From contig NIVC01001348.1 in assembly GCA_002269645.1 (NCBI GenBank), forward strand, positions 37,663 through 101,662: a DNA stretch of 64,000 nucleotides. The letters are read 5' to 3'. Positions 1-12,100 of this stretch are shown piece by piece. A model generated the notes under the pieces. It was not told the DNA's origin. It made no database searches and saw nothing but the letters and a program-made list of their open reading frames with translations. The stretch comes from Macrostomum lignano (lineage: Eukaryota). The position numbers and the translations under genes were made by a program. Each line of letters starts with the position of its first letter. Positions within the stretch are counted from its first letter, which is position 1.

Positions 1-633
1 GCTAAAATGAGTGCCTGCGGCGCTAAAATGGGGCCAGAGACGCTAAAATGAGTGCCTTCGGCGCTAAAATGAGTGCCTGCGGCGCTAAAAAGAGTGCCTT
101 CGGCGCTAAAATGAGTGCCTGCGGCGCTAAAATGAGTGCCTTCGGCGCTAAAATGAGTGCCTGCGGCGCTAAAATGAGTGCCTGCGGCGCTAAAATGAGT
201 GCCTTCGGCGCTAAAATGAGTGCCTTCGGCGCTAAAATGAGTGCCTTCGGCGCTAAAACGAGTGCCTGCGGCGCTAAAATGAGTACCTGCGGCGCTAAAA
301 ATGAGTGCCTGCGGCGCTAAAATGAGTGCCTTCGGCGCTAAAACGAGTGCCTGCGGCGCTAAAATGAGTGCCTGCGGCGCTAAAATGAGTACCTGCGGCG
401 CTAAAAATGAGTGCCTGCGGCGCCAAAATGAGTGCCTGTGGCGCTAAAATGGGGCCAGAGACGCTAAAATGAGTGCCTGTGGAGCTAAAATGAGTGCCTT
501 CGGCGCTAAAATGAGTGCCTGCGGCGCTAAAATGAGTGCCTTCGGCGCTAAAACGAGTGCCTGCGGCGCTAAAATGAGTGCCTTCGGCGCTAAAATGAGT
601 GCCTGCGGCGCCAAAAGGAGTGCATACGCTGCC
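1..633. repeat. Minisatellite, ~21-bp unit GCTAAAATGAGTGCC(T/C variants)CGGC, truncated by window start
   Basis: Direct tandem repeat. ORFs 48-320 and 444-635 are just its translations. Confidence 0.95.
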
Positions 634-877
634 AAAATTTAGTCATGTACATGTATATGTTGAATTCTTGGCTTTGTCCCCCCACCATAAAATCCATGAC
701 GACGCCCCTGCTGGACAATCAATTTCGGACAAGTTCGGGCGATAACGGAAGAGAACTCCAACAACTCCAACGTTTAACAATGCACGCCGACTCTACTATT
801 AGTAGCTTGTAGGCGCATAAATTTCAAATCCGAAATGACACAGCAGCAATGCCCTAAAACACACAATGACCGCGCAG

Positions 878-3800
878 AGAGCCGACAGTCGAGGAGGAGG
901 CTGCGGCCCCTCCGGCCCAGCAGGAGGAGGAGGCCGAGGCAGCGCCACCTCCGCCGCCTCCGCCGCCGGCTGAGAAGCCGAAGCAGCTGCACCAGGGTGC
1001 CAGCTTTGCTGAGTAAGCCCCCCCCCCCCTCGGCCCAGCATCCCCGAGTATCCCTCATCCGCTGTGCAGAGTTGCTGCTTTCCTCTTGATTCTACAATAT
1101 GAATAACAAACACAAATCAAATACATATCATAATTGCTTTCAGCTTTGGTTGCTTGCCTTGCGCTTCTAGTAGCTGGTAGTAATTGTTAGCTTCTGCAGC
1201 GTCAGCCATGGTAGCAGTAGTATTCAGTAGTATATCTGATTGTGCATGCTGGCGGTCGGTGAATGGGAGGTAGGAGCTCTGCGTATTCGGACTGCGTGCC
1301 AAGCCAGCCACGAGGAGTCTGTATTGCTGCACCTGATGAAGCGTTCTGTAATCATCACTGAACGGCACTTTATTTCCAGAGACGAAAGCGGTCGTAACGA
1401 GGCGCAGATTCGGATGGAGGTGAGCAGATTTGGTTGCCAGGACAATGTTGGCCTTAGCGACTTTGTTTATTCTAATGAATTTATTACCTTATTGCCTTAT
1501 TACCTTATTCCCCATCATTGCGCAGGAGGAGAAGAAGAAGCGCATGGCCAAGATGGAGGAGGAGATGAAGGAGTACGAGGAGATGCGCAAAGAGGAGCGG
1601 GAGAAGCTGGCACAGGAGATCTCGGAGCTCAGGTCCAAGCGGGTGAGTTGTTGCAGCCTTCTGACACAGTCACTCTGGTGCGCTTATCACTCCCGGTGTA
1701 CTGTCATTTTGTCACTCTGGTGTGCTGTTATCTTGCCACTCTGGTGTGCTGTTATCTTGTCACTCTGGTGTGCTGTTATCTTGCCACTCTGGTGTGCTAT
1801 TATCTTGTCACTCTGGTGTGCTATTATCTTGCCACTCTGGTGTGCTATTATCTTTGTCATTCTAATGTACTGTTATCTTGCCACTCTGGTGTGCTGTTAT
1901 CTTATCACCCTGGTGTGCTATTATCTTGTCACTCTAATGTACTTTTATCTTGTCACTCTGGTATGCTATTATCTTGTCACTCTAATGTATTGTTATCTTG
2001 TCACTCTAGTATGCTGTTATCTCGTCACTCTGGTGTGCTATTATTTTGTCACTCTTGTGTGCTATTATCCTGTCACTCTGATTTATTGTCTCACAGTCAC
2101 TCTGGTGTACTGTCACACTCAGTGCCCCGAGCGTATGCCACTATTTTACTCTCTTAGCACTATAACTAACAAACTGGCAATTAACCTGTCACCGAAACCG
2201 CCACCGCTGCCACCCGCCCGGCCTTCCGGTTTCCAGGAGCAGAGGAAGCAGGAGCGGGCCGAGGAGGAGAAGCGGCTGGCTGAGCTGCGCGCCGTCGAAG
2301 AGCAGAAGCGACGCGCCGAAGAGGTTTGGAATTGCCATTATTTAAACATTGGAGTTCCCATTATACTACTGATTGTCGCCTAGATTAGTAGCCTGCTAAG
2401 TATATGAGCTCTCTTTGTCGATAATTTTCGAACGCAATTTTTCTGCCGCTGTCTCTGCAGGAGGAGCGACAGCGCCGCAAGCGCGAGGAGGAGGCCAAAC
2501 GAAAGGAGGAGCGGGAGAAGAAGAAGAAGGAGGCTGAGGAGCGGATGAAGAGTCAGAGCCAGCGCAATTTCACAATCAGCAAGAAGTCTGGCGGCGAGGT
2601 GAGCGGAGGTTGCTTAAGCTGATTGCTTAAACTTGCACTCCGTGACCCTGGTCAGCGATATCCTGTTTTAGAGCAGCTTCTCACGCAATTCGATTTAGAT
2701 TATTCTAGTTTTAATTTTTAATCTGAATAATTTCTTCCCAACTCATTGCCAAGGACTACTCAAGTCCTTGAGTACGTTTCTTGGAAAATTTTAAAAGACA
2801 GGTTTCACCAAAAAACGTACAATCGTACATGCCCCGTGCCTAAAATCATAAGAATGGCAAAAACTCTCTCGACTTATTGGTTTTATGAATCTGTTTTATG
2901 AATTTTTGTTTAAATGACTGTGAAACAATATGTGTAACAGAATGATAAAATAGATTCATAGAACCAATAAGTCGAGAGAGTTGTTGCCATTCTTATGATT
3001 GTTAGGCACAGGATATAAAATTAACACAGAATTATATATTTTAATGAGAAGCTTTATGAACATCAATAGAGCTATAAGAAGGGCAAGACACATCAAAAGA
3101 AGAACATTGGGTCTGCCTTCTATCAGAAGCAATAACAACAGAGCCAGAAGCTGAAAACATGAAAACCTTCTATCTCGGCATTGTTTTTCAAGAGGTTTTC
3201 CAAGAAACGTTGTTTCCCATCTTTCTACTTGAGCAGTCCTTGCTAATTGCATTAAAATTAGTAGTAGTTTTTGTAATTGACCACCTGTACACCAAAAGCC
3301 ATCATTCAAAGCCTGTTCACTATGTTGAATTCATATGAAAAAGTCGAATTCATAAAAGACCAAACACATTCTTAATTACCAAATTGTAGGCTGACGCCAA
3401 GAAGCAGGTAAAAATTAACGGGAAAGCAAATCGATTCCCGGTGGAAATTTGACCCTCCTCTAGGAGCCAAGAGTTTCAAATGCGTTAGTCAAGGGTGCAC
3501 GCTCCGTACTAAGCCATCAATGTATAAAATGCACGATCGCGGGAGGTGGCACTAACGAACTGTTTCCCAAGTTGTTAAACACGGACCGGGCATTCGCCAG
3601 TTATTACTATAAGTAGAAGCCTTAGCAACTATTCGGTAACAAGTTGGCCGCATCTTTAGTCGAAATTTATTGCGCATCGAAAACCAACTATTCACCTTGC
3701 ATTTGCTCTCAGTCCTTGACCTGAATTGAATGACCACGCAAACCCAATATTGGATCATTTTTAATGCGTACATCTGGGCGATGCATGTATTTTTTAATAC

Positions 3801-5880
3801 CAGTGGAATTCATAGAAATTATCGATCGATAGAGACTGTATGCTGGCCTTGGCTAGGCGGAGTGAGGTGGCTGCATGGTCAGGGAAAGGGGTAGAGTAAA
3901 TAAGGGTAGAATGCCACTGTACAATGGAAGGCGCAATGTACATTTACAAGAGCTCAACCAATCAGAATCGCCTTTTGTTAATTTTTTAATTAACCGCAGG
4001 CTGGAGCCTCCGGCGCGGACGAAGCCAAGCAGGGCAAGTCCAAGGAGCAGCTGGAGGCCGAGAAGAAGGCCGCTCTGGAGCAGCGGGTTCAGCCGCTGAA
4101 TATTGACGGATTCAGCGAGTCTCAGCTGCAGGAGAAGGCCAAGGAGCTGTTCTCTAAGATCTACTCGCTCGAGGGAGACAAATATGATCTTGAGCAGCGG
4201 TTCAAGGGGCAGAATATGGAGGTGCGGTTTTATATGCGTGTTTTTGACTTATATAGTTTGAACAGTTTCCAGTTTGAGTAGTTTGCAGTTAGAGTAGTTT
4301 GCAGTTCGAGTAGTTTGCAGTTCGAGTAGTTTCCAGGTCGAGTAGTTTCCAGGTCGAGTAGTTTCCAGTTCGAGTAGTTTGCAGTTCAAGTAGTTTGCAG
4401 TTCGAGTAGTTTGCAGTTCGAGTAGTTTACAGTTTGAACAGTTCGTAGTTCAAGTACTCGAAGTTTCTCATCAAAGTTGCAAATACGATTCGAATTTCAG
4501 ATGGTCGAGCTCACAGAGCGCGCTCGTCAGATGCAGAAGGGGTGCGTGTGCATTGTTTTGAAGGATTTCTATCAGGAAGTCGTTAACAAAACAGCTTTGT
4601 AATAAAAATCGATTAAAACACTCAAATCTTCCTTTTAAATTCTCAGAGGCCAGAAGGGATCCAGCAGCAAGGTTCAGACTGCTCCGTAAGTCGAAACTGC
4701 CGCTAATATTTCGTAAAAAAACAACAGAGTAAAGATAAACCCAATAAATTATCTTTGTTTTGCATTGTCATTTTTAGTGACCCGCTGTCCGAGAAACTTG
4801 GCAGCATCCCGGTAAGCAAAGCAAGGCTCCGACTTTTAATTATCTGTTCCATTCGGCCACTCCCCGTGCTCTTCCGCTTCTTTCCGCTCCGCTTCTTTCT
4901 GTTCCGCTTCTTTCTGTTCCGCTTCTTTCTGTTCCGCTTCTTTCTTTTTCGCTTCTTTCTGTTCCGCTTCTTTCTGTTCCATTCCGCTTCTTTCTTTTTC
5001 GCTTCTTTCTGTTCCACTTCTTTCTGTTCCGCTTCTTTCTGTTCCGTTCCGCTTCTTTCTTTTTCGCTTCTTTCTGTTCCGCTTCTTTCTGTTCCGCTTC
5101 TTTCTGTTCCGCTTCTTTCTGTTCCGCTTCTTTCTGTTCCGCTTCTTTCTGTTCCGCTTCTTTCTGTTCCGCTTCTTTCTGTTCCGCTTCTTTCTGTTCC
5201 ATTCCGCTTCTTTTTTTCGCTTCTTTCTGTTTCGCTTCTTTTTTTCGCTTCTTTCTGTTCCGCTTCTTTCTGTTCCGCTTCTTTCTGTTCCGCTTCTTTC
5301 TGTTCCGCTTCTTTCTGTTCCGCTTCTTTCTGTTCCGCTTCTTTCTGTTCCGCTTCTTTCTGTTCCGCTTCTTTCTGTTCCGCTTCTTTCTGTTCCGCTT
5401 CTTTCTGTTCCGCTTCTTTCTGTTCCGCTTCTTTCTGTTCCATTCCGCTTCTTTTTTTCGCTTCTTTCTGTTTCGCTTCTTTTTTTCGCTTCTTTCTGTT
5501 CCGCTTCTTTCTGTTCCGTTCCGCTTCTTTCTGTTCCGCTTCTTTCTGTTCCGCTTCGTTCCGCTTCGTTCCGCTTCGTTCCGCTTCGTTCCGCTTCGTT
5601 CCGCTTCGTTCCGCTTCGTTCCGCTTCGTTCCGTTCTCCATGAGAAGCTCCGCGCCGCCCGCAGCCGAAGATCGTGATGTACAGCCAGTACGAGCGAGTC
5701 AAAGACCACCGCGGCTTCGGCGAGCGTCAGGATCTGTTCAAAGGCCCGATCTACGGCATCGAGTACGAGCGGATCAAGCCCAGCTCGAAGGTCATCCTGA
5801 CTGAGAGCGGGCCGAGGGCCGTCGAGATCACCGAGAACGGTGACGAGCCAGCGCCAGCCGCCGTTGAGGCAGCCGAGTGA
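878..5880 (+). CDS. TNNT: Troponin T (invertebrate type), multi-exon; start exon not located, probably upstream
   Basis: In-frame GT-AG exons 878-1012, 1380-1419, 1526-1642, 2237-2323, 2461-2598, 3390-3407, 4000-4221, 4501-4541, 4647-4685, 4778-4811, 5665-5880. Translation includes RNFTISKK, KSKEQLEAEKKAALEQRVQPLNIDG, LEGDKYDLEQR and PKIVMYSQYER, all TnT hallmarks. AATAAA at 6385. Confidence 0.93.
1690..2130. repeat. Intronic minisatellite, 24-bp unit CACTCTGGTGTGCTGTTATCTTG(T/C)
   Basis: Tandem copies at 1713, 1737, 1761 etc. inside TnT intron 1643-2236. Confidence 0.9.
4262..4460. repeat. Intronic minisatellite, 16-bp unit CAGTTCGAGTAGTTTG
   Basis: Direct tandem repeat in TnT intron 4222-4500. 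Confidence 0.88.
4870..5635. repeat. Intronic minisatellite, 15-bp TTCCGCTTCTTTCTG grading into 10-bp TTCCGCTTCG
   Basis: Fills the last TnT intron (4812-5664). Confidence 0.95.
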
Positions 5881-7095
5881 AGCTGAAAGCAACGGCAGAC
5901 TTTAATAATTTTGTTAATCCCCATCTCTAATCGCCTCTAAACGGACTGGAGGCTCATTTTTTCGCTAAATGTTCAGTCCTTCTTCTTCATTGGCCTCCGC
6001 CACCCCCCCCTTCAAGCCCGCCGTCGGCCTTCGATTTCGTTGTGTGTGTGTTTTTTATGCTAGAAACATTTTCAATCACTCGAGCCATCTAGCCAGAACC
6101 GGGCATCTTTGAAATTATTCAGCCAACTCTCCGCTTAAGTCTGCGAGTAGCAATGTCCAACTCTTCACTTTTAAATCGGAAAAGTGAGCATCGTTAGCAA
6201 CTATGTTATTAAAGTAGCATTCTTACTGCTTATTTAACCTTCTATTCAAACGATATTTCTCAAGCCTTGGCAACTGTGCTAGTAGCAGCTTCATCAGCGC
6301 ATTAAATCTATAACTAATAATTATAACAAATTTCCCGCTTGTGCCTCCCCGCTTTTCTCTCGCACCGCTTTTTTTAACATAATTAATAAAAGTCATAAAT
6401 TTTTTGACTGTCTGTTTCTTTCTACCACTGGAAATGTACTCAGAAGAATGTCAGTCAAAAATGCACCAGCCGCCTCAGTATTAAAGTGTTCAAATAATTC
6501 ATATCTGCTTATGTACTCGTATATTCGTACATGTCAATTTTGCACCATTCACCCGATCACAATTTCAACCCCTTTGGAATACGACAGAAACTCATTAGCG
6601 CTTCCAAAAGCAATAAAAAAGCACACAGTTTTTCTTAGCCAACTGTCCCAAGTCTCCGACTGAGAAAAATACATTTTTTATTAGAATCTGGAGTACAAAA
6701 AGCACTCCTTTGACCAATAAAAATTGCTTTTTTTACAATTCACGAACTGGTTCTGAAAATCGTACTTAAATGGGAATGTTTAACTATTTGTTTCGTTTTT
6801 GCGTTCTTGTTTATTAAGAAATTGACAGGCAAGGCTGGTGCGTAAAAAGTTAAAGTTTTATGCAAACTGAAATTGTTAGTTTATTTTGAATTTCCTTATA
6901 AAGTCAGCTTTAAAGTTGTTACAGAATTGTATTGCGTTATGATTAACATTGTGCCGAAAAGCGAACATGGCTGTACAGAAATCAATGCCAAACTTCGGTA
7001 CACACTACTGCAAGTAGGAAGGGGAAAGTGTGTAAGTCTTGTGGCCGTGGGAGACTTTGGTGCAACAGAAATCTGCTGCATGAGTTGCTGAAGAG

Positions 7096-7486
7096 CGTCT
7101 AGCTGAGTGTGTAGCTGAGTGTGTAGCTGAGTGTGTAGCTGAGTGTGTAGCTGAGTGTGTAGCTGAGTGTGTAGCTGAGTGTGTAGCTGAGTGTGTAGCT
7201 GAGTGTGTAGCTGAGTGTGTAGCTGAGTGTGTAGCTGAGTGTGTAGCTGAGTGTGTAGCTGAGTGTGTAGCTGCGTGTGTCTACAGCTGAGTGTGTCTAC
7301 AGCTGAGTGTGTAGCTGAGTGTGTAGCTGAGTGTGTAGCTGAGTGTGTAGCTGAGTGTGTAGCTGAGTGTGTAGCTGAGTGTGTAGCTGAGTGTGTAGCT
7401 GAGTGTGTAGCTGAGTGTGTAGCTGAGTGTGTAGCTGAGTGTGTAGCTGAGTGTGTAGCTGAGTGTGTAGCTGAGTGTGTAGCTGA
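7096..7486. repeat. 10-bp tandem array GTGTAGCTGA between the convergent 3' ends of TnT and the kinase-like gene
   Basis: Near-perfect direct repeat. Confidence 0.95.
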
Positions 7487-7644
7487 GGTTATAACACGCT
7501 CTAGCTGTGTGTGGGAGTTTCTCCCTCAAATCTATCTGACGCTTAAATCAAGCTGATTAGGAAAATGGTCATAACCATTTATGGAAATGTTAGCGTGCTG
7601 CAGAAGGTTGTGAGGCCAAGTGTAATAAATACTGAGCCGAGAAC

Positions 7645-9083
7645 TTAAGCATCCGAATGCGGTCTGAGCTGCTGCTGCAGCTGTTGCCGGTGCTCTTGAA
7701 AAAACTGTCTGTACTGAAGAGGCTGTTGCTGCTGATGAGGTGCTGATGAGGTAGTTGTTGGCGGTGGCGGCGGTGCAAACCTAACGGGCCTGGGCGGCCT
7801 CAGCTGCTGCTGCGGCAAACTCGAAGCCACTGCCGTGTGCCCGGCGCCCCACCGGGCAAAGCTGAATCCGCTCTCAGACTGTCCCAGGCCGATGCCGCTG
7901 TCGTGCGAACCAATCGGCTCGGCCTGCTGTTGCTGCTGCTGCTGCGGAGGCGGCGGCGGAGGCAGCGGCAGAGGAAGCTGTTGATGCGGCTGCTGGACAA
8001 GCAGCTGTTCGAAGTTCGCTCGCGCCGTCGCCAGCTGCTCAGCTGATTCCGTCGCTTGGCGCCGACGCAGCGCCGCCTCCTGGCGCCAGCGGCGCGCCTC
8101 GGCCTCAGCGTCGGCCAGGCGGAGCTCGCAGGCCTCCAGGCGGAGCCGCAGCTGCTGACCGGCCAGCCGCTCGGACTGATAGCGGGCCCGCAGCTGACGA
8201 GCCTGGCTGAGGAGCCGCTCGTACCGCCCGTCTCCGCCGCCACCGCCGCCGCCGCCGCTGCCGCCGCAAAAGTCGCCATAGTCGTCATCGAAGCCGTTGC
8301 TGCCGGTGAGCTGCGAGTTCATCGAGGTCATAGAATCTGCGCCGGGGGTGTACTCCAGAACCTGCGTGCAGAGGAAGACAGGCATTGATCCCTCTCCCCT
8401 CAGATGGGTAAATAAATGTTCGCAGAAGGGCCGCGGGCATCCTGGAGCAACCCTTTCAACGACATCGTATGAATACCACAGCCAGCGCTGAAGGCAACTC
8501 TGAAGACAGCCCTGACTTTCTAATCGTTAGGCATGTACACTCTCTGTGATTTTGAGGTTGGCGCCCTGATGGCTGTGAATCGCAAGAAAACCCCCAGGCC
8601 AAGTTTAGTGCAAAAGCTATAAGATTAGATGCGTCCGCGCACGGATTCGAACCCTTGGCTCCCCGCGGAGACTGAGTTATTGCCTTGAAAAGCTAAGGAT
8701 CCCCGAGAATGCATGTAGGATTCAATAAATCCAACGAAAAAATAAAAAACTGAGTTCTTGAAAACTGCGATCTCCAGGTTCCGTTACCCGGATAGAAAGT
8801 CGCAAAAGCAAAAGACAAATTACTTGGCACCTGGCTAAAATTCGAACCCCCACCTGGCCCAGTCGACCCGTTCGCCCGTACGACAATCCGGGCGAAGTCA
8901 GCCGGGCAGGCAGCTGGGCGCCGACAATTTCGTGGTCGCTCTGTGATCTCGGCATCATTGACATTCCGCCCGCCACCGCTGATGCAGCCGCAGGCGCCGC
9001 CGCCGACGCCACTGGCGACATTCCGGCAGTCGGCGTCGGAGTCGCTGACGGAGACAGAGTTGCGGAGGCTTCGACGTTGCCCG

Positions 9084-9114
<31 letters not shown>

Positions 9115-12100
9115 GCCGCTGCGAGAGCCTCGCCAGAACAGATGCCGCAAGCCACCGCCGCCGCGTCGCTTCGATGTCTCCGACGTCGACGCTGCTGGGT
9201 TAGTTGACGACGCTGACGCTGCCGACTCGCTTTGATGTCCGGCAACGGCGTCGACTGTCTGCGAGCGCGGCAGGTTGGTCGATTTCCACTTCTTGGAGCG
9301 GAAAAACAGACGCCGCTTTTTGTCCTTCGGCTTGGCCGCCTCGCCCGCCGAGGCTGCGCCTGCGGCTGCCGACGCCGAGAGCCCCGCCGATGCGTTGCGG
9401 CTGCCGATGCTGTCCGCTGAGGAGCAGGTCGGCAGCTGGTTCGACGACGGACTGGGCGACGGCAGGCCGGAGCTGCTGAATGGCGCGCCAAGACTGCTGT
9501 AGGTTGTTGCCGGGCCTGAAGGTGAGGGAGAGCACCGGGTGTGTCTGTCCCGATGTGTCTGTCCCGATGTGTCTGTCCCGATGTGTCTGTCCCGATGTGT
9601 CTGTCCCGATGTGTCTGTCCCGATGTGTCTGTCCCGATGTGTCTGTCCCGATGTGTCTGTCCCGATGTGTCTGTCCCGATGTGTCTGTCCCGATGTGTCT
9701 GTCCCGATGTGTCTGTCCCGATGTGTCTGTCCCGATGTGTCTGTCCCGATGTGTCTGTCCCGATGTGTCTGTCCCGATGTGTCTGTCCCGATGTGTCTGT
9801 CCCGATGTGTCTGTCCCGATGTGTCTGTCCCGATGTGTCTGTCCCGATGTGTCTGTCCCGATGTGTCTGTCCCGATGTGTCTGTCCCGATGTGTCTGTCC
9901 CGATGTGTCTGTCCCGATGTGTCTGTCCCGATGTGTCTGTCCCGATGTGTCTGTCCCGATGTGTCTGTCCCGATGTGTCTGTCCCGATGTGTCTGTCCCG
10001 ATGTGTCTGTCCCGATGTGTCTGTCCCGATGTGTCTGTCCCGATGTGTCTGTCCCGATGTGTCTGTCCCGATGTGTCTGTCCCGATGTGTCTGTCCCGAT
10101 GTGTCTGTCCCGATGTGTCTGTCCCGATGTGTCTGTCCCGATGTGTCTGTCCCGATGTGTCTGTCCCGATGTGTCTGTCCCGATGTGTCTGTCCCGATGT
10201 GTCTGTCCCGATGTGTCTGTCCCGATGTGTCTGTCCCGATGTGTCTGTCCCGATGTGTCTGTCCCGATGTGTCTGTCCCGATGTGTCTGTCCCGATGTGT
10301 CTGTCCCGATGTGTCTGTCCCGATGTGTCTGTCCCGATGTGTCTGTCCCGATGTGTCTGTCCCGATGTGTCTGTCCCGATGTGTCTGTCCCGATGTGTCT
10401 GTCCCGATGTGTCTGTCCCAATGTGTCTGTCCCGATGTGTCTGTCCCGATGTGTCTGTCCCGATGTGTCTGTCCCAATGTGTCTGTCCCGATGTGTCTTT
10501 TTTCAATGTGTCTAACTGTCTGTCCCAGTTCGTCCGCCCTGATGTGTCTTTTTGTTGTGTCTGACCCAATGTGTCTGTCCTGATGTGTCTGTCTGTAGGT
10601 GGCTGTTCTCGATGTGTATTTCTCAATGTGTCTGTCCCGATGTGTCTTTCTCGATGTGTTCACCCTAATGTGTCTTTCTTGGTCTGTCTGTCCCGATGTG
10701 TCTTATCCGATGTGTCTGATCCGATGTGTCTTTACATGTGAATTAGTTATATATTTTAATTCCTCGTCCTGTTTATTTGCAACACTTGCTACTCACATCC
10801 AGTGTGGTCAGTAGTACAGATCAGCTTCTAGGTACCCAAACTGACTCACCATATTTGTCTCCGTAGAGGCGGCTGCGCAGGTCCATCAGGCTGCGCAGCT
10901 GCTTGCACAGCTCGCTGGCCGAGATGCGCAGCTGGGGCACCTGAAGTTTTGGGGGAACGGGCGGTGGAGACTGCTATCGCTGGCCGGCTTTCACTTTTTT
11001 TCAAGTCCCTGAGTTCGAGTCCGCCGCGCGGCCACACTGATCTGAGGCTCGAGCACCACTCTGTTGTATTCTATATTTTTGTGTATTCATTTCATCAAAA
11101 TTCACCTGTGTGAGTATTGACAACTTTGGCTTATGAAATAAATAGAAATGAATGTGAAAAAGCAACTTTCACTACAAAACTACACGAAATACAAAAATAG
11201 AATGGTTATCTTCACTAGGCCCCAGATCGAATGCAATCATTGATTTTGTGATTTCAAGGGGACTTTTTATTATCTCAGCAGTGTATTTTTTCAGGAAATT
11301 CGCCCCCTAAGAACTAAACTATCCTTGAGTTTTGCGACCTGTTATGCTACAATGGTCCTTGGTCGAACTGTTTCCTTAAATGTTCTCCCCCTTAGTGGCA
11401 TTTTAAGTCAGTCTCCAGTCCAGATGCTTTACTGAGTCCCTGGCTTGGGGATAACTGCTCTAGCTACTCAACACTAATTATGAGCCTCACCTCGTACAGG
11501 CAGGACCGCACCAGGTGTTCCAGCGAGCCGGCCAGCTCCCTGGGCAGCAGGCCGCAGCCCAGGCTGAGACCTTCCTCAGCCAGCAGGTCCCGGCGCCGCT
11601 GCCTGCCGCCGCTGCCGCCGCCGCCGATGGTGAAGGCCGACCAGAGCAGCAGGCCGAACGCCCAGATGTCGGCCGCGGAAGTCGCCACCGAGGCCGACGC
11701 CGCGTCGGCCGCCGCCGACTCCGGGCAGGCCGGACTCACCCGGCAGCAGCGGCGCCACAGCAACTGCACCTGAGGCGGCGGCTCGGAGGACTCAAATCTG
11801 GCGAATAACAGGCCGCCCAGCTTCACTGTGAACCGGTCTGTGCGCTCCATCAGGCAGTTCTCCAGCGTCTGGGAGGAAGGTAAAATACTCTAGCGAGATT
11901 TTTTAATACACCTGCCCCAATGGCTAGATGTTCAACCGACAGCTCAGCCGCAGCTATTGCGCGGCGCATTTGAAGGCTGCGTACGGCTGTTCAGTCCAAG
12001 GACTGGGGGGAGGGGGGGGGTCGCCACACACCCTCAGTTACCCCAGCTATTGCTGGCACCCATTTTACAGCTGGGTGAACTGAAGCAATGCAGAGAGTTA

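Noticed and set aside
2956-3773. Minus-strand ORFs inside TnT introns
   Set aside because: No recognisable motifs and stops in neighbouring frames; probably decayed repeat DNA.
8722-10663. Long ORFs (up to 634 aa) with THRDRHIG or CVCPDVS repeats
   Set aside because: Translations of a 14-bp intronic array. Only 9515-8854 is a real exon.
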